Shown here in pieces: positions 1 through 38,400 of a DNA stretch of 64,000 nucleotides. Each line of letters opens with the position of its first letter. Positions within the stretch are counted from its first letter, which is position 1. Below the pieces are notes generated by a model. The model made no database searches. It had not been told where the DNA came from and saw only the letters and a list, made by a program, of their open reading frames with translations. Location of the stretch: the NCBI RefSeq assembly GCF_006345805.1, contig NC_043007.1:28458001-28522000 (forward strand). The letters are read 5' to 3'. Source of the DNA: Octopus sinensis. Its lineage: Eukaryota. Made by a program: the position numbers and the translations under genes.

Positions 1-819
1 TGTACTATCAATGCTGTATTGCGTCCATAATCAAACATTTTTACTTACACTACCTCAGGCGACGTGGCTCTAAATAGATCACTTAGAGAAGAGAGGAATG
101 AAGTGACTGTATAATTGATGAATGTATTGCTGTTAATTAGTTAAATACATTAACAAGACTTGATGCTTGTTCTCAAACAGTTCTCTATTACTACATTGAC
201 AAACATTTTTGTTTGTTTACTTTGTCGTACAATCTCTACTTCTGAGACTTCATTGATGCTTGATAAAATAGAAACTTGTACAAAGTTGTCCTCCCATACT
301 AGCTGGAAAGAAAATAAAAATATACAGTATTAATAATTGATTGATGTAATTCACAATAAACAGAAATACTTGACTTTAGATGAAGGTGTACATTATTATA
401 AATTGAATGAATAACTCCTAGTTTATGATTTCAAATCTGCTGTTTCTGGACCCAACTGGCTCTGGTAAATTAATTACCTCACTGAATTGTCACCAACTGA
501 CAATCTGGCATTGTTAATACACTAACACCATACCCAGGGGATTCATTTATTTGTTCCTGCATGTTCTGTGACTAGAACTAACCCATGGCTATCAGGATTC
601 CCTCAAACATTAATACACATTGATTTTAGTGTCTACAGGTTTGGCTGTATCAGTAGAGCATTAGACAAAATGGCTTGCAACATATGTTTCAGCTCTTTAC
701 CTTCAGATTTCAAATCCCACTCAGGTCATCTTTACTTTTCATCCTTCAAGCATCAGTAAAATAAAGTACCAGTCATTACTGGTGTCAATATAGTCAGCTG
801 TCCATTTATATCAAGGCAG

Positions 820-1025
820 TCATCATAATCATCATTTAACAGCTGTTTTTCATACAGACATAGGTTGGATGGTTTGACTAGAGCTGGAGAACCTTCCAGG
901 TTCCACTTATCCGTTTTGCCATGGTTTCTGTGGATGTCCTTCCTAATGTCAACCACTTTACAGAGTGTAATAGGTGCTTTATGTGTGGCACCAGCGCGGG
1001 TGCTTTTATGCATGGCACTATGCTG
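820..1025 (-). mobile_element. RTE LINE 3'UTR fragment (5'-truncated)
   Basis: Reverse complement of the recurrent gagtggttgg..ttaggaagg.catcc...aacccatg...gttaaa(tga)n tail; boundaries approximate. Confidence 0.7.
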
Positions 1026-1345
1026 GAATTTTATTATGGTGTTTGGCAACAAAAATCTCCACGAATCTCGAGAATCTTCCCTAGGATTCTTGCAGAAAAT
1101 GTGGTATCAACACTATAAAGGGAATTACAAAATCTATGACCTTACACTGTTTATTTTGTCCTCAATATTCATGTCTGGTCTTCTTTCCTCAATAGTATCC
1201 AGCATCTCCAATTTATTAGCTGAATTGGTCATGCAATTTCCTCTCTTTCTAGCTATTTGTCCTGTTCCTTCTGGCCCAGAGGCTTTTTGATTTGGTATTT
1301 CCCTAAATATCTTTTTAATCTGTAGTATTTATACTCCTTATTATT

Positions 1346-1770
1346 AAGCCAGTTTGCTGGCAGAATTGTTAGTATGCCAGGCAAAATACTTAGCGACATT
1401 TCATCTATCCTCATGTTCTGAGTTCAAATTCTGCCAAGGTTGACTTTGCCTTTCATCCTTTCAGAGTTGATAAATTAAATACCATTGAAACTCTTGGGTT
1501 GATGTGATTGATTTATCCCCTCCCCAACAAATTTCAGTCTTTGTCCCTATAGTAGAAAGAATTATTATTAAATGGCAGGCTGACAGATTTGTAAGCACAT
1601 TTGGCCAAATGCTTAGCGGCATTTGAGTTCAAATTCCGCCAAGGTCAACTTTACTTTTAATCCTTTCAGGATCGATTAATTAAGTACCAATCAAGTACTG
1701 GGACCAATTGACTTACCCCCTCCCCACAAATTTCAGGTCTTGTACCTATATTAGAAAGGATTATTATTAA
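1346..1770 (+). mobile_element. Head-to-tail pair of ~200-225-bp SINE-like repeats
   Basis: Two similar units, each with B-box-like gagttcaaattc(t/c)gcc (1418, 1624), ctttcatccttt, aaatttcag.tcttg..cctat and an (att)n tail. Related copies at ~22260-22800, 27200-27350, 38430-38640, 49520-49680. Confidence 0.7.
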
Positions 1771-2390
1771 ATGAGAAAGCAGGACATGCCATCAAAGTGA
1801 CACTGGGGTGCAAATATATGAAGCCCAATATACCCATCTTAACCACCCATCTGGTAAGGATACACCAGGCACATGCATCATAACCATATGTGCACAACAT
1901 GATGATCTCATGTCAAGATAAATAACATATGACCTTGCTGGTGGGGCCCAGCTAGAATTTTCTTTAGGTTGAGTAGCCCATCCCACTCAAACGGTCCCTG
2001 AACAATGGTTGTTTGTTTCCATATGTGAACTGTTCAGATTCCAAAGAATTCCTCTCAACACATGGCTATAATGCTCCCCCACTGCTCATGATCAAAGATG
2101 CACATATCATCAGCCACTAAAGCTCATGTTCAACTGGTTTTGGTCAAGCAACTGACATGTAAATCTGTGGCATTGAGCAGAATATTTGCTGCAGCCCAAC
2201 TTTTATACCAAGACAAAACATTTACATGATAACCCTTCCAATCAGAAGCCATGAGAGCCCTTGCCTGGTATTGTATCATGGTATTTATTATTATTATTAT
2301 TATTATTCTTATTTGCAAATGTCATCTCTAATTCTTGAATAAAATTAATATTTTTGTCTATATGTTAGCATAATACTTGTGTTTAATTGA

Positions 2391-29770
<27,380 letters not shown>

Positions 29771-30253
29771 TTACAATAAGTTATTAGCCCCATATATTGT
29801 TATTAGAATCTTATCTGATTTAAACAAATCCTTGTTTTTGGAAACAGTGTGGTGTGACACCACCATTTGTTACTGAAACTTTTAAAACTATTCCAAATAT
29901 ATTTGATAAAAATGACCTTAGCTGCCAAAATGGTTAATGATGATGACAATAATGGTAACAATAATGAGAACCATCAATTGGTTTGATGTCAAACTAAAAA
30001 AGAAAGAAAGATTCTTTTCTCTGTGTGTATATACACATACACACACACATGTATGTATGAAAGAAATTGTGTGTATGCGTGAACTGACATATGGCTACAT
30101 TGTTTTTGCCTCAGAAATGTTACCACTTATTCTGCTATTTTGAAGGTTCCGAGAATTTTAACATTGCAAAAATAACCTGTTTAATGATCCTGGTGCTTGA
30201 TTTTTCTTTTCTCTCTTAAATACATTGCACACAAGGCATGAACTCACCTCTAA

Positions 30254-30355
30254 AATAAAGATTCCTTTCTTTGTGTGCCTCTTTTAAAACATGTAACACA
30301 CACACACACACAAACACACATTGTGCTCAGTCAGATCAAAAGAAGAATTAATAAA
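30254..30355 (+). promoter_or_regulatory. Candidate Sec23 polyadenylation signals
   Basis: AATAAA at 30254-30259 and 30350-30355, ~490-580 nt after the stop; AT-rich background makes chance hits likely. Confidence 0.3.
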
Positions 30356-31289
30356 ACACCAGTCACTTACAGTCTAATGTTTGTTTTCGCAACTTTCTCC
30401 ATGAATTCCATTAATTCAGTCTTGGATTTGACCCCATTCTGCAGTCTCCCTAGCAAGTATCTGCTACTATAACCACACTTTGGCCAATTCCATTCTCTAT
30501 AATAACATTGGCTATCATGTGACTTGTGTTCGATGGCCATTAACCATTTTGTTACCATATTTCTGTCTTTATTTGAATTAAGTTTGAAAACAATAATGAT
30601 AAAATTATTTTACAAAATTCATTGATTTTTGAAAACTGTTAACATGAAATTTTGAGGGTAGGTTTTAATTTTAAACCTAGATGTTGGTGGGGTTCTGCAT
30701 TAATATTCCTCTCACTTTGTTGAACTCACAAAGCAAAATATGTCGAATATACTCTTTTGTCACTTCTATTACAGCTTTGAAAAAAAATAACTGTTAAAAA
30801 ATCAAACTGCACTCTTCAAAACTTGCACTAAGAATAAGGACAAGGTAAAATTACTACCTGCTTTTATAGCAGGTTGATGCAGGTAGTTTATCGCATCCCT
30901 CTCTGACTTTTAGTTTATGCAATTAAAAAAACTTGCATTATTTATGGGATGACCCAATATTATGATGCCTCTTAGTCATTTGCCAATCAGAATTCTGTTG
31001 CTTGATGAATTGAATTACCTGCCCTTAAATTAAGTGGTTGAGTATTCCAAAGACACTTATGTAATTCTCAAACAGAATTAGTGACACAAGCACATATGCT
31101 TCCTGCAGTTTCCATCTCCTCTTCTGTCAGAAAGCATTGGTCATCGAGGGACTATTTTAAAGTGCCTCACCCTGGAACCACATGGTTTCAAAGTATGATA
31201 CACATAACAGCATCATGCTAAACTAGTGGTTCCCACCTGAATCATTTCTCAAATCCTGATGACCTCTTGTGATATTTAATTTTTGTTAT

Positions 31290-32300
31290 TCAAAATTTGG
31301 TTGATGTCTACCATATTACCCAGAAACAAAATAAAAAATATATATAGTGCAACGGATGTAAAAAAAAAAGTGTAGGAAACGAATATGAAAACAAAAAAGG
31401 GGAAAGCAACCGGGGGGGGGGGGCTCCGGAAAATTCACAAGGTCCGAGTTTTTCGCCCATAATTTGGTGACATTTTATCGTGGAGAGCAGGTATAAATCC
31501 AAATTTTGAATATTCTTCTGAATATTTTTTTTTTACTTTCATGACTCATTTTATGTATTTTTGAATCGGTGTAACTACAGATTTCTGCGCCCCCGACTTT
31601 GGATGATCATAACTTTCAGAAAAATAGATATTCTTAATGAAATATTCTACCAATATGTGTTTTATCATGTAGATTCCGAATAGACAAATTTTCTTTGTGG
31701 CAGGAGGGGGGGTATTTTAGGAGGGGTTAATTCGTCTTAACTTTCAAGAAAATGAATATTTTTTAATGAAATTCTCTTCAAAGATACCTCGGACTATGTA
31801 GATTCCAAGGACTTAGGAATTTTAGGGGAAAACAATTGGGGGTTATTTTTGAGAACTGTTGTTCCCCACTCGATTCTGAACATGTCGTCCATATTTGTTT
31901 CATTTTCTCGTTTGTGCGTTTGTGCATCCGTAGATTTCTACTACAAACAGACATGAATTAAAAAAGTTCAAACGGGGAATTATTCCATTCAGCATCAGGT
32001 TTATTATAGAGATTATGTAACAAATTATGCTTTACACTTCTATTTTTAACTGTGTGTGTATATTCCTTATCTTTGCTTCTGGTGTCTTCTGCCTTTGTAT
32101 TAGAAACGTTTACCTGGGAATTTATTTTAAGTGGAAAAAAAATCGTATGCAACAGATAAGTCATCTTAATAATATATTTCTGTTTAGTAGATCTTTAGCT
32201 GTCAAACTAAAGCATAACGAGTTTTCTGGTGAGGGTTTCAAATGCCTTCATTGCCTGTTTGGAGAAATCTACGGATGCACAAACGGACAAAAAACAAATA
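31290..32300. repeat. Unclassified CpG-retaining repeat (DNA-transposon- or Helitron-derived?) with internal degenerate direct repeats and a 29-bp inverted repeat
   Basis: Two ~125-bp related units (aactttca.gaaaa....atatt...taatgaaat.......tgtagattcc); inverted repeat 31911-31939 / 32263-32291 (28 of 29). Confidence 0.4.
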
Positions 32301-32702
32301 TAGACGCGCGCGCACACAAACACCACACGCGTGCGTTTGTAGTTCCCAGAAAGTGGCAATGATCTGATGTCTCTAAAGTGTAAAAAATTTTGAATGGGAT
32401 GTAACTGTCCCCTTTCTCTCAAAAGGTATAAATTGTTGTGTGGGATATATCTGTTTTTGCTTTAGGTGCAAGAAGTTATTTCAGCTGATAACCAGGTTCC
32501 ATTAATGAAGCTTTCATGCAGTCACTGGTTAAGTTAACTTCTGTGGCCAATTAGCTGAAAGTTGGTAGCTTAAAACCATTTTCCCTGGATGTTTGCATTA
32601 AATCTCATTTCTGCACATTTTTAATAACATTAATTTACATCTAAAACCAGATGAGACATGCAAATAAAATAACAAGTAAATGGTGTTTTAATAAGTCAGA
32701 AT

Positions 32703-34366
32703 TTTATTGAGGTAAATCAAATATTTTATGGGTTTTTTTAAAATGTTTTTGTTAGGGTTGGGGGGATTCTTCGGAAAAAAAATAATCAACACTATAAAAC
32801 AATATTTACAATTCTCATCAATTTGCTTATGAAGAGGTCCGCAATGAATAAATTTCAAATAATCAGATTTTCAAAAATATGTTTCCAGGAACTGAATTGG
32901 ATGAAGAAAAGCTTTAAGCATTATTTGGTGGTGGTGGGGCATTCACAGGAGGAATTACTTATGCAGTTTTGTCTATATATATATATACATACATACATTT
33001 ACACAATTATATACACATCAGACACCTCAATCATTCAATGATGTAGAAGAACTTTAACAGCAGTAAAGGATCTAAAAACAGACAAATTATGAAATATTTT
33101 CCTAGACTCTGAAATAAATGGTTGGCTGCTCCTCCTAGAAAACATTGAATCACACCTTCTGAGATACACAATAAATGTAGAGGTCCATATCTAAGCTTCA
33201 GCAATCCAAGGGAGCTACAGAGATGTGCACGCGACATCCTTGATCCACAGCAGCAACAAAAGCTGCCTATAAACTCCCCTATTTCACTGTATAAACAACT
33301 TGCTGAAGAAGTTGGCTTTTCTACTCTTCCAGTCACCAGTCTGTTCAACCAGCCAAAAATCACAATTTGTAAGAATTTCATCTGCTTCAACTTCAGTTGC
33401 CAAGAAAGTTAAGATACAAGAAAAGAAAAGTAATCCTAAAAGTTAAAACTTAGAATAAAAACAGAAAGCATTTATGTGAAAAGCATTTTAACAGGCACTT
33501 GGTTTCAAGAATTTATGGAAATGCTACATCTCTTGGAAAGGATAATTTTCTTTCTTTTTTTTTTTGTCACAATAGTAGAAAACAGTAAATTATCAATGTT
33601 AGAGTATGGAATGTTTTAAATAAAAAAAATTTTTTAAAGTTACATTTATATGAAATGGAATATATTTCAGTAATTATTTGCTACAATTAAAATATATTCT
33701 GAAAAATCCAAAATAGACTCCATCTGTTTATTCTAACAATCACGAAGGTCAGAAATTGTAAGGGATTTAAATGTTAGATCAAACTTCAGGACAGAACTCG
33801 TACATATTTTACAAAAGCTAGACAAATTAGAAAGTAAAGTTGACTTTAAAGAATATTGAGGAATGAAACAAAATACCATTAGGCATTTACTCCAAAACTC
33901 AGAATAACCATTGTAGTAATTGGAAGATTATTTCTGAGTCATGGGTGACTAAACTGTTTTGTTTCAATCTGAGTTCAAATCATGGAGTGAAAGTGGATTC
34001 ACCCAAATTCACTCTGCTTTACAAATCTGCAGCCTTGTACCAATGGAAAAAAAATCATTATTCCTGCAGAAGATGACACCTCATCCAGTGTTGGTAAAAT
34101 ATATACACTGGGGTAAATTTAATTACAAAATTTGTATCTCTGAAAGGAATTCCCCATTATAAATTAATGTGGCAGAAGAAAAACAGATTAAATGTTTGAC
34201 TGTTTAGTCTCATGGTTCCAAAACCTAATACTGTCACGTTTAATTAATCTTGAAAGCAAGAAATACAAAATCTAATAAGTACCAGAAGTCCCCAGTGATA
34301 TTTTTCATTTCTCCCTGGAAGTCTGCCACGAGGCAAACATCCCTAATTCAGATACTTGTGTTTATT
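32703..34366 (-). promoter_or_regulatory. Candidate CHP1 polyadenylation signals
   Basis: AATAAA on the - strand (TTTATT on +) at 34361-34366, 33727-33732 and 32703-32708 within a TE-poor stretch after the stop; usage unknown. Confidence 0.3.
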
Positions 34367-35401
34367 TCGTCATCAGAAAAACCAACTCACAGACATACAC
34401 CACACATGTGGCTTTGAGACTAGGAAAGTTTTCTTAGCAAATTAAAAATTCATTGCTAAAACAACTGCGTATTTCAGAGTGGACAATCCTGGGGCTTCTT
34501 TTAACAACCTGAGAAGGATGAATGAAGTCTTGAATCAAGTCAGATTTAAAATCAGGATGTCACCAATTATTGTCTGGCATTTTGATCTGCTTCTTTACCA
34601 ATTCTGCCAACTACCAAATAATAAGAATCATAATGAAAAAAAATGTTGCTAATTTCGGCAGAAGGTGAGCTATTTTGTAGAGAAGAAGTTAATTAAATGG
34701 CACCAATACTGCTTCTTGCCTGTCTTTTGGGGTTGATGAAACAAAGAACCAAAGTTGACCCTGGCAGGATGTGAACCAATAATGTAAAGAGCCATTAGAA
34801 AATAGTGTAAGGTTCAATCCCCCACGCAGACAGTCATACTACTTGGAATGGTTGGACGTAAAGAGAGACATGTGAACAGCCCAAAAATCTGCTTTTTTGA
34901 AACAGGCAAGAAGTAGAGTTCTAAGAATAGGAGCTAAGAACACATGATATGGCTTGCAGGATTTTTATATCCATACTGTGCATCATAGTAGTAGTAGTAG
35001 TTGTTGTTGTAATTTCTTCCACAGGTGTAAGGCGAGAAATTTACAGGTGAGAATTGTAGTTAATGAAACTGAGCTCAGTATATTATTGGTACTTATTGCC
35101 TCTCAGAGACAGAAAATGTCAAATAAACGAGCAAGAATTGAAATCAGAATAGCAGGATGAAACTGTTTGCCACTCTAACACACTAACAACAACAACAATG
35201 CTTTCTGACAAAGACACAACAAACCCTGAAGCTGATGGAGGGGAGGATTTGGTGACAATGATGCCTTACTGAAAAGACAGTCATGTGAATTGATGAAGTG
35301 ATGTCTACTCTACAACACCCATCACCAGAAGCTGAACAATTAACTATAACGTAGACCAGAAGATGGCGCTGACAACAGTGAAAGAGATTTCATGGCTTTG
35401 G

Positions 35402-35455
35402 TCAGTGCAGGAATCGGATACTCATCTTCTGTTCAACATCAACTAATTCCATCAC
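35402..35455 (-). CDS. CHP1: CHP1 terminal coding exon: VMELVDVEQKMSIRFLH*
   Basis: Acceptor ctttcttccacag, stop TGA (+ strand tca 35402-35404). Confidence 0.96.
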   Translation of the reverse strand: MMELVDVEQKMSIRFLH

Positions 35456-38400
35456 CTGTGGAAGAAAGAGGAAAAAAGAAATAAATAATCTGGAGAGTGA
35501 GGATAGGGAAGGGGAACAGACAAACATGAGAGGAATGATAAGATGATAGTGGGGGGGGGGGGATGTATGTGTACACACACACGAGCGCACATACAAATCT
35601 TGTCCTGAAAATAATACAAAAGTGGTTAGAACTTTTTATATTCACAGACCACAGGTCATTCAACTTGCACGTATTGGTAGAGTAACCCTTCTTCCTATTA
35701 TTCTTTATTGAAGGCAAATAAGGGTTCCAAGCAGAAGCAATGTGCCATCATCAAGTTCCCAAAGGATCACATGCTGTCCAACATCCAGAGAAGGCTATAG
35801 AGACGACACCATTGACAAGAGTAATATGCATCAATGGATAAAAAGTTTAAAGAAGAGGAAACCAGACTTGAAGACAAATGGGAGAGCATCATCTGTGACC
35901 GTTGACATGACTTGTCAGTCATTGGACGAATTGAGTCACAAACCACAAGATGGCAGCACCACTGCACAGTGGACATCCTGCATTACAGAAGATGATGGAA
36001 GACTTTGGGTACCAGAAAGTGTACGTGTGTAAAGAGGGTATGTTGACAGTTGACTCTTGATTTGAAGGAGAGAAGAGCAGAAGTCTGCTCTAATCTGCAG
36101 GAAGCATCTGAAGCCAGAGAAGACTTTTTTCTTCTGATCTGGTGACAGCGGATGAAACATGGGCATATCTTTATGAGCCAGAAATGGTGGATCAGTCCAT
36201 GGAATGGCATGAAAACCTGCATGGTGACAGTGGAACCATTTTTCATTCGCTTGAACATGACTGTACTGTGAACAGTGAATGATACATTGAGGAACTGAAA
36301 TAACTTAAAGGCTCTGCATTCACCATGACAATATCTTTGGCAAGAAATCAAAAGATCAGCAAATTGGGTTGGTCAGTGGTGCCCCCCACCCCACCTCCAT
36401 CTACTGTAGTACAGGCTGGATCTGGTGTCCTCCAACTTTCACCTGTTTAGTCCAATGAAGGACACTCTTTGGGACAATGATTTGATCTCATAGATAAAGT
36501 GAAAGTAGCTGCAAAGAAGTGGATGTACCAGTGCACATCTGGATATTTTCAAGAAAATTTGAGGGTTGGGTTCAATGATGGCACAAACGATGGAATTTGC
36601 AACAATGGAGATTAGGTTGTCTAATAACTTGGACTGGTGAAAGAGTGACCCTCACCAATCTGTACAATCTGAACAACCTATGTCACTTCAAAGAAAGTGA
36701 TGCCCACTTTTGCTTTACTTTTGGGATATACATATACACTGGAGATATTGCAGCGAGTAGAAAGAAATGAAGGCAATGATAAGACGGTGGTGAGTGGATA
36801 TACTTGTTGAAGGTAACAGTGGTGATGGCAAGAAGGAGTATATACATTATGTACATTATACAAGTAAAAAGCACCATTTGAGGGTGATTGTTGCCAGTGC
36901 CACCTGACTGGCTCCTGTGCCAGTGGCACGTAAAAAGCACCATTCGAGCGTAGTCAATGCCAATGCTGTCTGCCTGGCACATAGAAAGCACCATTCAAGT
37001 GTGGCCGATGCCAGTACCACCTGAGTGGCCCTCATGCCAGTGGCATGTAAAAAAAAATCACCCACTACACTCTCGAAGTGGTTGGTGTTAGGAAGGATAT
37101 CCAGCCGTAGAAACATTGCCAGATTGGATTGGAGCCTGGTGCAGACATCTAGCTTGCCAATCCTCAGTCAAACCGTCCAACCCATGCCAGCATGGAAAGC
37201 AGACGTTAAATGATAATGATGATGATAATTATGTGTGTGTGTGTGTGTGTGTGTGTGTAAACAGAAGCACTACTCATATCAAGGTAACATCATTGTATCC
37301 CTCTCACATGAACAACACTCAACCAGAGTCCTGAGAGTCACTATGTTGAGTCCCTGTTTCAGCCAGAATCTCTCCTAGTGAAAGTACATTTTTAACATAG
37401 GATCACATCCCAATAACTGAGTCTTCCTTTTGAGGCCAGAAGATACTTCCATCTGCCAACAAAGTTCAGTGGAGACCAAAATGAAGAACTTCTTTCATAT
37501 TTGGGATGGAACTGTTGATGTCCACACAAACATTCTAAAGCACATCCTGAGCAAGGTTAATCAACTGATAAAGTCATTTAAAGACACATTCCAGCCTCTC
37601 GTCCACAGACATACTGTCTTCTCTCTTGTCTACCACTGTTAAATGGCCTCTGTCCCTCAAAGACACACTTTAGATGCACCGTCTTCTCTCTCTCATCTTC
37701 TGTTCCTCAAAAGACATCTGTGAACCAAAGAAAGGCTGGAGTGTGCCTGTCTCCTCTCTCTTCTGTTCCTTGGAGTTGATTTGTCTTATGCCCCCCCCCC
37801 TTTCCCATCTCTTCTCATCAGACTTTTATCCAACAGCCTCACACTTGCTGAACTCTGCACTAACATTATACCCAGAACATGGCCCTCTGATGAAACAGCT
37901 TAAATGCCAACATTATGGCAGAGACAGGCTGGAATGAAACATGATAAAATGACTGCATGTGAATCTGCAAGAGAGATGAGTGATTACAGGTGGCATCCAT
38001 CCGTCTTTTATGCACATCCCCATCACCTGCTGCACTTGGTTTGCATCAATATCGTCATCATCAGCTCACACACACATCATCATCATCATCATTTAGCGTC
38101 CCACACATAGAAACAATAATGGAACTTACGGTTTGAAATTCTGGAAAAGAGATGTGTCTGTCTCCATCAGTGTCAGCCTCAGCAATTGTTCGGTCAGCAA
38201 TACTTTCCAGCTAAAAGAAGAAGAGGAGGTAAAACACATCATCATCATCATCACTGTACATGTCTTCATTGGAGACTTGTCTTTTCCTACACAACAATTT
38301 ATTAAACCATAATCCTAGCTTTCATCCCATTACTTGACAGCCCCCCCCCCCACTGCCACTTTTAATACTTTCTCATTATGTCTCCCTTGTAGTTAATAAT

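Noticed and set aside
865-1290. 141-aa hydrophobic ORF
   Set aside because: The first half is the antisense strand of an RTE 3'UTR copy; hydrophobicity reflects T-rich DNA.
32466-32537. Possible alternative terminal exon (tttttgctttAG|VQEVISADNQVPLMKLSCSHWLS*)
   Set aside because: No similarity to any Sec23 C-terminus I recognise; such acceptors are common in AT-rich DNA.
33031-33390. 119-aa ORF with a CCCC run between the two genes
   Set aside because: No recognisable domain or exon structure; lies in the probable CHP1 3'UTR.
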